From Penicillus capitatus (lineage: Eukaryota > Plantae > Chlorophyta): a stretch of DNA of 64,000 nucleotides. A program made the translations under genes and the position numbers. Positions 1-11,907 of this stretch are shown one piece after another. Where the stretch lies: contig OZ287697.1 of assembly GCA_965649825.1 (NCBI GenBank), forward strand, positions 1,784,351 to 1,848,350. The letters are read 5' to 3'. Under the pieces are notes generated by a model. It was given only the letters and a program-made list of their open reading frames with translations. It did not search any database and had not been told where the DNA came from. Numbering within the stretch: the stretch's first letter is position 1; each line of letters starts with the position of its first letter.

Positions 1-2739
1 GGTCTTCATTTAGACGAGGTATACCATTATTCACGATTGTTGGATGATGGATACGAATGCACTGCTGCAGCAATCATTGACACTCAATTCGAGGGAAACA
101 ATGCCACTCAGGCCGGAGGAGCAATCTTTGCAGACTGTTTGGAAGGCATCAGATTTCAGTGCAACTCGTCATCTGAAAATGCCAATCTGACATTCTTTGG
201 AGAGAAGGACCTGAGTTCTTTGCGTCGTATTACACCTGACAAAACTTTCTGTCCTTCGTGGAAAAACAACTCTGCTGGCATCTACGGGCAGGTTGTTGGT
301 ACGTTGGCCACATCGTCAAAAATGACTGTCGAGTACAAGGGAGAAAACACAGTTGTCCTACCTGGAGAAGGATTCGAAGTTCGAGACTATGTCGGTGGCA
401 ACCAGCTGCCAAGGCTGTCAATGGAATTGCTGGATGAACTGAAACAGGGCCCGGCGACCATCGACTTACTGAATGAGAGAATCTTCGCCGAAGTTTCAAC
501 ATCAGAAGGGTTTCAAGTTGGCAGTTCTTCTCTGTCTGTGGAAGGACAAACTGCCAACTTTCCTCTTCTGATCGGTTTTGGATTGCCGGGCATCTACAAC
601 ATGACAATTAGATTCGCGAGGCACGAATGTGCTGGAGATCATAACAACAGCGCATTTGTCGATCCATTAACCATCACCGTCCATGTGCGAAACTGCACTG
701 TTGGTGAAATGCCCGTCGGTGAGACGAAGATCTGCAGCAACTGCAGCACCTCTACGTACAACTTCGACCCTGAAGCAGAAGAATGTCAGCCCTGCCCTGA
801 GAACGGGAACTGCAAGACAAGAGTGATCGTTCCGAATGATGGATACTGGCACGCGTCTCCCTGTTCCGTCAACATTACGAGGTGCCTGACCTCGTATGCA
901 TGCAAATTCGACGATCGCGATGAGAGATTGACAAACCTGACAAGAGACATGAAGAACTGCAGAATCAACGCTACCACAGTTGAGGAGTATCAGCAAACTC
1001 AGTGTGCTGAGGCGAGTGATTGGTCAGCCTTTTGATCTTCTGAGTCTTTGTGTTCTGGGATTCAGGGCCACACGGGTCCTCTCTGTGGAGCATGCAACAC
1101 CTCGTATGGATCCTCCGTGTCTTCCAGATGCGAAGAATGCCCCACGGCATTCGGCAATGTCATGACGATTTGCTCTGCGACAGTGATCCTACTTATTCTG
1201 TCCGGTGTTACGATCAGAGGGACACTGAGTACCGCTAGCAGCAGACTGGCGATGCTTTCCGGCCATCGAAGAGTTCCCCGCAGTATTCAGCTCAGAGATC
1301 TTTCGCTTCCAGCCGAGCCAGAAACGTCTGAGATACAGGCGTCCCAGGAGGAGTCGCCTGCGATCCAAGACACGAACGAATGTCAAGAAAGCCTGACTGT
1401 CACCGAAGTGACCCTGGGACAGTGGAGAGCGGTCGAGATGTTTAAAGTATGAAGCTATGTGGCATTCGTGAGACTGACAGTCTTCGTTGCAGATAATGTT
1501 GAACTACGTTCAGATGACAGTGCTGATCGCATCACTGGATGTCGGATGGGCAGTTCCTATACTTGTCATGGCAGAGATATCAGGTCCGCATCTGCGAAAG
1601 CTGACAGAATGTTTCCACCCTTCATCGTTGTGTGCTGCACAGAGTTCTTTGGAGGATTCGCGGTGGACAGTACCCGACGTTCTGTTGTTTGTTTGGGCGG
1701 ACACGACCAGTCACTGCATCCAACCGCATGGGCCTTTGTCGTGAGTGTCTGTCTTGTTCCTGCATGTGTGGCGTTGGTGTTCATCGTGTTCTGGATCACA
1801 GTTGCACCATTTCATCAGATCCGTCGTCCGGTCCGCTACGTCATGCAGAGATCTCTGCTGTCTCTGATGGCTCTTTGGCATATTACTTCTGTTCCGGTGA
1901 TCAAGACGACTCTGAGCACAGTCCTTTGCGTCGACGCCTACAATGTTCTGCATGCGACGCCGGAGAAGGATGATGAGACGACCATAGATGGGACGAAAGG
2001 AGAGATGGTCAGCTACTGGGCAGTTGACACAAGTCTGAAGTGCTTCGAAGAGGATCACCGGAGGCTGGTGGTTCTGATCATCTCGTTCGTCTCCCTCGTC
2101 TACGGTGGACTCCTGATCGCCTTCGTCGCCATCCTTGGATTCTCAGAAGACCGGCTGAACGACACGGACAGCTGGATCTACCAGTCTGTGGGATTCCTCT
2201 ACCGCAGCTACGGACACGGGAGGCGTCGCTACTGGGAGCTTGCAATTGTGGCAAGGAAAGCAGGGATTGCTTTCCTGGTGTTCTGCAGCCATCGCTTCGA
2301 CAGCGTGCTGCCCATCTTCGGAGCTGCCGTCTTCCTGACGCTTGCCGTGAGTGTACAGATTGTGGCGATGCCCTACAGGCAGAGTTTCGACGACCTGAAC
2401 AAGATCGACACATTCTCTCTTTTCGTGTCGCTTCTGACGACACTTCTTGCAGCCATGATGAAGAGTGAGAGTCCTACCATTGATGCTGGTCGCTCAGCTA
2501 TCTCATTTCTGTTTGTTTTCCTCAACATCACGGCTCTCGCCGTTCTGCTCTCGTTTCTTTTTCGTTACTCCGTTGCCTACGTTAGACTCTCCCTGAGAGA
2601 AAGCGGAACGAGAGTGGATTCTGATGCCACTGCGCTGCATGTGCTGGGGATCTGGTTGTCTTGTATGACTCGGAATCTGGCTGTTCTTCTTGGGTTTTCC
2701 AAGCACGATGACAAGTCGAGCATCTGTTCCGGCATGTGA
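1..2739 (+). CDS. Pmp-like beta-helix / Cys-rich / multi-pass TM surface protein, paralog 1 (5'-partial)
   Basis: Frame is open from base 1. Carries an FxxN...GGAIF motif, CxxC-rich segments (CSNCSTSTYNFDP...CQPCPENGNC), a GHTGPLCGAC motif and a hydrophobic multi-TM C-terminus. Frame-consistent introns at 1012-1065 (GC-AG), 1447-1492 and 1584-1642. Same architecture and intron positions as the paralogs at 37-43 kb and 54-61 kb. Confidence 0.85.
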
Positions 2740-5700
2740 TCTTTCTTTTTTGTCCGTTCCACATACATCATTCTTTTGTTTTCAAGCTGAGTGGAAAGCG
2801 GAGCCTTTCTAACTCATGACGAACTTTACACCCCTGCAGCCCTTCGTACCTTCATATCTAATCCTAGTGTGTGAGGGCTGTAGCGAAGATATGGCCGAGT
2901 GTCACTCTTCGAGATATGACGATTGTTGTTTAATTGACTTGACGAAAAGATGACGCACGTACGCCGATCGCGTCGGCATCGAATGAACAGAGCTCTGAGG
3001 TTACACAGGCGAAGAGTGTGCATGGTGCGACCAAGAATTTGTCCAACACACGGTGCTGACAATCCGAAGTATTCGACGAAACGACTTCCATGGCCGAGAC
3101 CACAGACAGACGATTGATTCTTCAGATGACGCTTGCATTGAAGCCGACGGCCGCTCAAGGACCCTCGAACAGAACGGACACGTCAGCTGCAATCGCGATT
3201 CTATGTTCTCCACCACAGCCAACCGCGCAATGAAAAACTCATCTTTCTCCGCTCGTGGCGGCGGGAAATGCTGTTTAGAGAGCGATCGGCGAGAAAACCT
3301 CAAATGGAGAAGACGTCTGGGCTGGTTTCGTTCTCACGCACATTCTAAAAGCAGGCGATAACAATCCAGCGCGGCGAAAGAACGTGCCATCGGTTTTTCA
3401 TGGGGGATGAAGGCGATACGAGAGTCGATGCATGATCGTTCGCACAAACCTTCAGAACCTGTCGATGTCGCCGTCTTCTGCGCGTTATCACGTGAAGGTC
3501 GAAGCGCTGGGTACCGAATGTCCTTAACGCCTACAGGAGACGAGCCCTTGGGAAGACTTTCGACCAAGGCGTGCCCTATAGCAGCGAAGGTCAACTATTC
3601 TGGACGTGAGGAAATCGACACCGTGTGGAGCATGGGAATGCAAGAAACATGAAAAACCAGCTAACAACACCAAATCGAGTAACTTACCGCATTCGGCGAC
3701 CAAACTCAAGCTGCCGAAGTGAAACGCAAACCCAAACAGTCGTGTGTTTTCAAGACGCCCCAAAGAAGGTAGCCGCTTTTCAAGAAGCAAAGATCACCTT
3801 TCTCCCAGATTTGAGAATAGGGCGTTGACGGGGGACGCGCAGAGGTGACGGGTGTCCGTGTGACAAAAGGGCTCGCTGAGTTTTTGGAACGAGTGCTGTA
3901 ACGAATGGTGTGGAGACGGTTGATCCAGAGCCTCTAGTGCCTGGAGCCTAGAGGACTAAAGGCTAAAGTAGTGTCAAGCCGAGGATCCAGTGATTTGATT
4001 GATGTGTCCAAGAAGACAATGAAATGACCTGTTGATACAAAAGATCCTAGACTATGTGGATAATGCCCTTTTAACAAAACACTGCAACCTCGTTTTTAAG
4101 ACAATTCATCGCGATGGGATCACAGTAGACTGGGCAAAACTTGTGTCGGAGCCACTCGAGTCCTCCGATTACCAGAAGATGGTAGAGAAGTGCTGCTTAA
4201 GGTTTTAGAATACTTCCTTTTTCCCTCCCAAAGGCGACCATAGAAACGCCGCCCACCAACTGTGGATCAGACCTATTCTCATGTCCTGAGTGCGTGTCAG
4301 ATGTCGATCTTGATCTGTAACAGCGCAAAAAACGACAGCGGGGCCAACCAAGAAGGTCGTTAGCAAAAGCGACGACGCGGTAGTCATCCGTCGTCTGTGC
4401 GGTTAGTTCTTTGCCGCCGAGGAACGCTTAACCGCTTGTTGGGTTGTGAGTTTGGTTATCGGCTGTTCTGCGCTCAATTGTTGACTTTTCTGTGCACTGA
4501 CTTGCTATGAACTTTGGTTGAAGTACTAGCGAGGCCTCTTGCGGGGGTCCTCGATCTATTCGTTGCGGGCCCTTTCGTTCAAAATTTATAAAACTTAGCG
4601 AATACGAAGACCTCCCATTGCTCACCTGCTCGCTGACATTCGACGAGCGTACCTCGGATGCTGTCCGAATCCTTCTGACGATTCTTTAGGTTTTTTCCAA
4701 CTTGTGAACGATCGTGTTTTCACGACAGTGTCACGATTAAGATGAAAGTGAATGATGACGTGGCAAGAATGTGTCGCGCTGTCGATGAACGACGCGGTTA
4801 ACGACGAAGGCTTAAAGGTTACAAAGACTGTTGCATCGTTTAATGGTCGGATTTGTACGCGTAGAACGTACACACGCGTCACATCTGCGAGTCTCCGCGG
4901 TAAGCTGCACGAAGGTCGACAGCTGTCCACTGACAGGATGACAAAAACTGAAACCTTGTAGAGTGTGCACCTTTTATACTTGTCGGGAATCGTGTAAATA
5001 CTTGATAAACCCTTAGAGTCGAGTTACTCGCGACGACGACGATCGATGAACGCTTAGGCGATAGCACGGGAACTCAGGATTATCTTACAGCAACTGTCTT
5101 CATTATAAATACTCAGGATGGTCGTGGGTTTCCCTAGCCTTTAGTCTAACAGCTGGGAACTTCATCCCGCTCTCGGCAACCATCGTCCGACCGTTGTTGG
5201 AAAAGCAGGTCGGAGGCGAGCACCCGTTGCAACCAATGGTCAGCGCGCCAGGGTTGTTACGCGTCGACTCAACCCGTTTCCGATGGCTGCGGAGAGCGAC
5301 GTGACGTCTGCATCTCCCGCAAAACCCTCCTTATTCTGTCTTCCTGAATTTGTCCACATGTCACAACAGTGTTCCTCGCATCTGTTGCATGATACGTAAA
5401 AACGGCTTTAGATGTTGAAAACATTGATTATGTTTCTGTCAGAAGGACTGAGGCTGTCCTATCGTGACTGCCTCGTTATCTAAGTGTTCTGTCTCTGAAG
5501 GGTCGCTTACACGAGGTTTACGTTAACCCGTGGATCTTTTCCCGTGGTCCTGATAGACCGGTGACTCATCTGTCATGTCAGCTGTGGCATACAAATATGT
5601 GAACGTAGACCATTGTAATCCTTTGCTTGTACTACGTGAAGCCTTCCGCTGTCAGTTTCACAGAGTGGATCTTTCATGTCATCCGTGTGTATCTTTTTTT

Positions 5701-6575
5701 TTGCTATTCGAGAACCTGAACCGAGTTCTCAGCTACATTGGGAGACAACCAATGAGGACGATCCCAGCCAACACTCCTAATGCCTAAGTTCATGTATTGT
5801 CTTTTAAAATGTCATGATCGGAACAGAAATCGCAGTCGGACTGTTAAACATCACCGTTGGGTATTCCATTGTTTTCCCGGCAAATGCGATTTCTTTTTTA
5901 GTCTACGCATATGTGTCTGCTTGTGTTTGAGTCATTCTCAATGGTCTCTTTAGATCTGTCAACGCGTCCTCTTTTCTAAGGCGTGTCAGCTCTTACATCC
6001 TGTCGATAATGTGTGACGTGTAGTGGAAGGCGGAAAAGCTCACGTCATGCGAAAGAAACCTTTGCGACCTTGACGTGTGGATTGATTAAACTGTACGGCA
6101 TTCTTTCAAAGAGATGTCTGCGAGTTTAGGGAGATTGAACATTACTTCGGCGAATGCGGTCGTCTCGTGTAGACGATGATGAGTGACTGTCTAGTGAAAG
6201 AGGTTCGGCTCGATGCGCGCGTTCAGACACAGCTTCAAAGAAAAGAGCGGTGCTGTGTTTGATTAATAGACAGTTGGCAGATGGATTCGACAAAGCACGA
6301 TTGCAGGAATCCTTCGACGAATCATGCTTCATTGTTCGGACAGCAACCGGCAAACATCACCCCCACAAGGCCCGTCCACTTCAGACGGACTCGTCAAAAA
6401 CGTAACAATGTGTGACAGAGGTTGCCAGTCATCTTCAAGGACTGGCATTGCAGAGAAGTTAAAAAATGTTTGTTCATGCAGCAGCCTGGAGAAGCATTGT
6501 TCGTCTGAGAACTGACAGAAGCGAACACGCACCGATGGCACAGCTGCATGACAGGACTGAACGATCAATATTGTC

Positions 6576-7149
6576 TCAGGTCTTCGGAAAGAAGTCGACT
6601 GCTTTGCCTTCATTGGCGGCTACAGCCTGACGCGTTCAAATATTGGTGCGTTGGAAAACGTTGCTTACCGTCATAATCTTCGACAAGTGGTTGTTCATAA
6701 GCGGAGTCCTTCACCGGATCGTAGGTCTTGCCCACGAACGTGTTCTTCACCGGATCGTAGGTCTTGCCCACGAACGTGTTCTTCACCGGGTCGTAGGTCT
6801 TGCCCACGAACGTGTTCTTCACCGGGTCGTAGGTCTTGCCCACGAACGTGTTCTTCACCGGGTCGTAGGTCTTGCCGACGTAAGTGTTCTTCACCGGGTC
6901 GTACGTCTTGCCCACGAACGTGTTCTTCACGACTGTCCAATGAGGCTCATCGAATTTCTCCGCTATCGGCTTCTTCGTGTAACGAGGATTTGTCTCGCGA
7001 GAGTCAAAACATGGACGAAAGGCACTTCCCTGTCAATCATACGTTGTCAGCGCGTCCTCAGCCGGATCTTACACGAGTACGAGGATGCTCACCTGGTGTA
7101 CGAAAACGAGCAGCAGGGCCGTCAGAAACGCTGCTTTCACAGAAAGCAT
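6576..7149 (-). CDS. Secreted protein with six 12-aa tandem repeats (KNTFVGKTYDPV)
   Basis: ATG at 7149; exon 1 (7149-7093) encodes MLSVKAAFLTALLLVFVHQ. A GTGAGC..GACAG intron (7092-7030) joins in frame to GSAFRPCFDSRETNPRY...KNTFVGKTYDPV x6. The 3' end is ambiguous: stop at 6610 if unspliced, or 6576 if a GTAAGC..TGTAG intron of about 49 nt is used (ending ...DYDAANEGKAVDFFPKT). Confidence 0.8.
6709..6930. repeat. 36-bp tandem repeat, 6 units, coding on the minus strand
   Basis: Unit cttcaccgg(a/g)tcgtaggtcttgcccacgaacgtgtt at 6709, 6745, 6781, 6817, 6853 and 6889, head-to-tail with no spacers. Confidence 0.97.
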
Positions 7150-8430
7150 TTTTACAAGGTCTCCGGAAAACCCGTCTGCCAAGCGCAGAGAGACGATAGA
7201 GAGAATGTCAAAAACGGCAAATGGTCGGTCGAAGAAACGCGATCTGCGTTTTCATGCAGATTTCATTTGCATGAGCGGGAGGGTCATCAGCGACCACGCG
7301 TTGAGGGAACCTTTGAACCCATTTTTGGCAGCGCGGCGCAACTGATGTCAACGTCATCTCCGTTTTCCAGCCCATTGAACGGTGTAGCCCCGGAGCGGTG
7401 TCTGCGGGCTGCACCCGTATCGTCCCGAAGACGGCGACCCTCGTTTACTGTGAGAGGCCTCTCGCATCGCCCTTCCAAAATCCGCGAAAACGGATGTAAG
7501 CGTTATCCGTCGCAAGATCAAAGATAGATCGCTTTCGTTGCGGCGAACTAACGCTTCGATGGAGGCATCTCTATGCAGGCCTTCATATTTGAGCGTCTTA
7601 GGTCTACCATTCCGTCCAGTGTTTCAGATCGTAACGCCACCTGTTTGCACACCGAGGAATGAATGGAAGTGATCCGTTTGTGTTATGAAGGTCCAGTCAT
7701 TCGCGAGAGGAAGAGATTTCAGTTTGGACGTTGACTGTTGCTCAACGTCTCGAAGCTTTGCTCTTTGGATGAGCCACGATTGAGATAAAGAGTAGACTGG
7801 GTGGAGAAGCGTCCCTTCAAAGCTAGCCAACCAGCGCTGATATCTCTCCCTTGCAGCATATCGAAGAGATCTCTGCTTCCGCATTGTTCTGTCTCAGAAT
7901 CGCAGCGCCTGTGTTGTGATGCGCCATTTCACTTAAGGACTTTCCTAAAAGCAGCCGTCTGCGTGGACACTGAGAGCGGCATTTCAGGCCTTTGAGTGAG
8001 ATGTGTCAGAATTTCGGATGCAAGTGTGACCACGAAAGAAGGCAGAGGGATAGGGACATCACGCCGTCCACGGCCTCAGCTCTGAAGTGTTTTCATTTCA
8101 GAGGATGCGAGTTTCTTCGACAGTCCGTCACTATCGCTGCTGAATGTTGCAGAGATGGGAGAACGAAAGCACGGCGGGTCAGTGACCCTTCAGACATACA
8201 AACCTGAAAGCAGAGTTTCCCGTTTGTCTTCGAAGCATCTGACGTAACATACATACCCACCGACGCTTCGGCATCGGTCCAGAGATCTGGCGGCTCCGTC
8301 TGCTCGTGCATAAGTCGGAAGATGGAATGCTACTTTGTCCACCGACCAAGAATGCATACGATACAAGAGAGAAATGGACTGTGGAAAAGCAGATCGTCTG
8401 TCCTGGATATGCCGAACTGTTGCAGAAAGG

Positions 8431-8981
8431 TCAGAGTGGACGCTGCTGAAAGACAACATAAGAGATCTCGACTGTATTCGACGAAAGAGACGTGAACAGC
8501 TGCACGATACAGAAATGGATTCGCCATTGCCGCGGCTCGGTGAACTGAGGTGGATTGCCTGTGACAGAGAAACTCTCTTTTCGAAGACTCAGGAGCAACG
8601 GATGGAATTTCACCAAAAAAAGACTTCTCAGAAAACATATCCTGTTCAAACTTGACACGTTTCTGCGATTCTTCGCTCGAATCAGATATCAACGATGATG
8701 TCGTTGTCTTAGATTGACGCATCTCCTCTTGGAAATGAAGTCTTCTGCTCGAAGGGGACACGAGCGAAGGCAGATGACGCAGATCGCGACATTTGCGTTT
8801 TGGTGAGGGGACGTGCATCGTCAGACTTCGTGGACACGTCGTCAGACTGACGCCTTCCGGGTGTTGTCCTCTTTCCTGCCATTTTCGCAGCCGCGTTCAA
8901 AAAAGCACGCCGCCATTCCCTTTTTGCGCACGCGGCGTCATAAACCTGTTCAAACGGCGACCTTCCCGATGCATCTTCCAT
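8431..8981 (-). CDS. Hypothetical Ser-rich protein, multi-exon (3' end uncertain, may extend toward ~7624)
   Basis: ATG at 8981, then a 70-nt GT-AG intron in frame with ORF 8330-8818, then a 55-nt GT-AG intron in frame with ORF 8431-8658. Further strong donors lie downstream (GTATGT near 8257). No recognisable domain. Divergent from RSH. Confidence 0.35.
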
Positions 8982-9272
8982 AATCCATCACATTCCAAAG
9001 AAACGGCCAATTCTGAATGCCGGCCGAAAAGCACACAGCACCTCAGAACAGAGCACCCCTCAAACCATACCAATGCTCAACGTCACTGCCCCAGACGGCA
9101 ACTGTCCGTCTCCTGCCCGGTCAGCAACCTAGGAACGGCAGCAGTGGATGAAACACAGGGTCCAAAACGGCATCGCTGTTTCCAAAACAATCACCACGTG
9201 TCACATCACCTGCCAAGAAGGACAGCCGTGTTTCCTCTTCGGCGTCATCTCGTTGCGTCTCAGATGGAATAA

Positions 9273-11378
9273 ATGGCGTCGTGTACGTGGCATCTTCGAC
9301 CTTCTTTGCAATTCGTGCCGTCCGTCGCAGCTTCGGAATTCGCGTCGTCCACGGTCGTTCGCTTTTCGAAGCTCTTTGCATCATCGCACGACATCATGTT
9401 TCAGAAATCACTTCTTGGCGCCAGTCCTTCTTCCTTCGGCAGCAGTCGCTACGACCGTTCGCCAAGACTCTCGCCGAGTTTCCTCAGCAGTTCCTTCGAC
9501 GACTTCGCCTCGCGTCGCTCAAGTCTTGACTGTCCAGCAAACAACGCCGTCTCCTTTTCAAGCTCTCACAGCTCCCGGCCGCCGCTCTACCCTGAGACCA
9601 GTAGCAAGAACGCACCAACACCGACGATAGGATTTGCCAAACCGCCTCTACAGGAGACGAAAACGCCGAGCTCGACGCCGGAGCTCTTCAATAACGTCAC
9701 CCTCGGTTTTACGCGTCCCGCTTCGCCTGGGCTTCTCAGTCTGACGCTGAGTGAAGAACTGCGACCACCGCCACATAACCGAAACATCGCCGAGAGAGAA
9801 GCGCGTCTGGCCGATCAGTTCCTCGATGATATCCACCAGCCATGGAACCTCCTCAAACTCCAAGCAGACTATCCCGTTTTCATGCAGCCGGTCGTCATCG
9901 AGGCCTACGAAGTCGCAGCCAATGCCCACGCCGGACAGCTGCGTAAATCAGGCGAGCCAGTGCTCTCCCACTGCGCCGAGACCGCCAAGATCTTGGCGGA
10001 GCTCAATGCTGACAGTCACATCATTGCGGCGGCTTTGCTGCATGATGTTGTGGACGATACCTGTGTCACCTGTGCCCAGCTGAAGTCGTGGATCGCGGCC
10101 GATGTGTACGATTTGGTGGAGAAGGTGTCCAAGATGAGTCACATGAGTCAGTTGGTGCGCGACGGCGGCGGCGTTTCGTTGCCGAACGTCGGAAAACTGA
10201 AGGATGTGTTGATTGCCTCCGTCGACTGCCGTGCCGTTCTCATCAAACTCGCCGATCGCATTCACAACATGCGCACGCTTTCGGCGCTCTCCCATTCAAA
10301 ACAGCAGGAATGGGCACAGGAGACCATGGATCTCTTCGTTCCGTTGGCGGGGAGACTGGGCTGCTGGGCGATTAAGAGCGAACTGGAAGACCTCGCCTTT
10401 GCCGTGCTCTATCCTCAGGCGTATCACGACCTGAAGGAACTCTACGATGCCAAGGTGGCGCTATTTAACGAAGAGCACCTCAAAGGCGCGCTCGACAAAC
10501 TGAAGACGGCACTCGATACGGCAGGTATTGTGTATGAAGATATTTCGGGACGTCCGAAGAATCTCTACGGCGTTTTTCGCAAGATCCAGCGCAAGCAGTA
10601 CGATTCGCTGGATCAAGTACTGGACCTCTTCGCTCTCAGAATCGTCCTACGCGACGGTCAGTCGTGCCACGAAGCCCTCGAAGCGGTGCAGCATCTGTGG
10701 CCGTCCGTTCCGAACAAGCTGAAAGACTATGTCCAACATCCAAAGCCCAATGGCTATCGATCTATTCACGATGTCTGTATTGTCGACGGCGTTCCTCTGG
10801 AAGTCCAGATTCGTAACACCGCCATGCACTACATCGCCGAGCATGGCGTCGCGGCACATTGGCGATACAAAGAGGCGTCGCCCGATTCCGGCACCGTCCA
10901 CGATTTTGTGGAGCAACGGACGCTGTGGTCGCGTTACGTCCTCAACTCCGTTTTCGAACTGAACGATAAGAAACTGCGCCCCGGTGCCCTGCAGGAATCC
11001 TCCACTGCTGTTCAGTCCATCTGGAAATCATTTCTGTCGTTCGAAGACACCAGGCCGCGTACCATTGCCTGTCAACACGGAGCGAGGAACCTCGGGACGT
11101 CGTGGTGTCCTGTCCACATCGTCGTGCAAGATTCTGAGGGTCTACAAGTGTGTGATGCCCCTCTCTGCGCCACGGTCGAGTCGTTTCTTCTGGAACATGG
11201 TGACGTGCTCAAGAGCGACGGACGTGTGCCGACGGTGAACGGGAATCTCGTCCCGCCAGACACCGTCCTACAGTTTGGCGATCTGATCGAATTCTGCAAT
11301 GCTCCAGCCAAAGGTCATCACTCCATCGATTCAATGATTGTTCCTTTTCGCCGCGATCGCACGTTCGAGCATCAGTGA
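9273..11378 (+). CDS. RSH: RelA/SpoT homolog, (p)ppGpp synthetase/hydrolase, probably plastid-targeted
   Basis: Single 701-aa ORF. Ser/Arg-rich N-terminal extension; HD hydrolase motifs (HAGQLRKSGEP, LLHDVVDDT, LIKLADRIHNMRT); synthetase motifs (GRPKNLY, KDYVQHPKPNGYRSIH, EVQIR, AEHGVAAHWRYK); TGS-like C-terminus (VNGNLV...LQFGDLIEF). Confidence 0.95.
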   Translation: MASCTWHLRPSLQFVPSVAASEFASSTVVRFSKLFASSHDIMFQKSLLGASPSSFGSSRYDRSPRLSPSFLSSSFDDFASRRSSLDCPANNAVSFSSSHSSRPPLYPETSSKNAPTPTIGFAKPPLQETKTPSSTPELFNNVTLGFTRPASPGLLSLTLSEELRPPPHNRNIAEREARLADQFLDDIHQPWNLLKLQADYPVFMQPVVIEAYEVAANAHAGQLRKSGEPVLSHCAETAKILAELNADSHIIAAALLHDVVDDTCVTCAQLKSWIAADVYDLVEKVSKMSHMSQLVRDGGGVSLPNVGKLKDVLIASVDCRAVLIKLADRIHNMRTLSALSHSKQQEWAQETMDLFVPLAGRLGCWAIKSELEDLAFAVLYPQAYHDLKELYDAKVALFNEEHLKGALDKLKTALDTAGIVYEDISGRPKNLYGVFRKIQRKQYDSLDQVLDLFALRIVLRDGQSCHEALEAVQHLWPSVPNKLKDYVQHPKPNGYRSIHDVCIVDGVPLEVQIRNTAMHYIAEHGVAAHWRYKEASPDSGTVHDFVEQRTLWSRYVLNSVFELNDKKLRPGALQESSTAVQSIWKSFLSFEDTRPRTIACQHGARNLGTSWCPVHIVVQDSEGLQVCDAPLCATVESFLLEHGDVLKSDGRVPTVNGNLVPPDTVLQFGDLIEFCNAPAKGHHSIDSMIVPFRRDRTFEHQ

Positions 11379-11907
11379 GAGGAGCGTTGCTTTTCTCAGA
11401 GAAGAAAATTGAGATTTGCTTTTGGGTATTCGCACTTGGATCTGCGTAAAGTGTGATGCCTCTGTACCATATCTGCCTTTCTGCTGTGACCGTCTCCTAC
11501 AAGACGCGTCTCGAAAGGACACATCTGTGTACCATTACGAAGACTACTAAACTACTAACTCCGCCGCCACTAGCGCCGCCGCCATGATTAGAAATCTCTT
11601 TTATACCAATGGACTGCCGACAGATTTCTCACGACCAATGTCCCTCGATGATCGATGGTGAAAGGACATTGGCAAACGGGACAACCGATATGCTGTGTAC
11701 AGATTCCGACGCTTTGCCGCTGCTGTCACATCGCGAAAAGATCGATCCATCGATCATCTCTGTTGACGAGCTGAAAGAGTGAGCGAGTGCTTGAGACCGT
11801 AGTGTATGTATAGTAAACACAAAGCAAAGATGAGAATTCAACGAATGTGCTTCATTAGACATGGCGCCGCTGTAATTGACACATTCTTAAATTGGCCGCA
11901 CTCCATC

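Noticed and set aside
2826-5400. Short ORFs including a QLTCPFCSRVLERP zinc-finger-like word (3001-3303) and weak LRR-like words near 4750-5100
   Set aside because: Only one CxxC pair, no coherent exon chain and no second supporting motif; left unannotated.
6709-6930. 36-bp repeat as a CRISPR array
   Set aside because: Units are contiguous with no spacers, the period is a multiple of 3, it encodes an in-frame peptide repeat, and there are no cas genes in this eukaryotic context.
6643-7527. Plus-strand ORFs of 294 aa and 182 aa over the repeat
   Set aside because: They are shadows of the stop-free repeat. The minus strand has the signal peptide and canonical splice sites.
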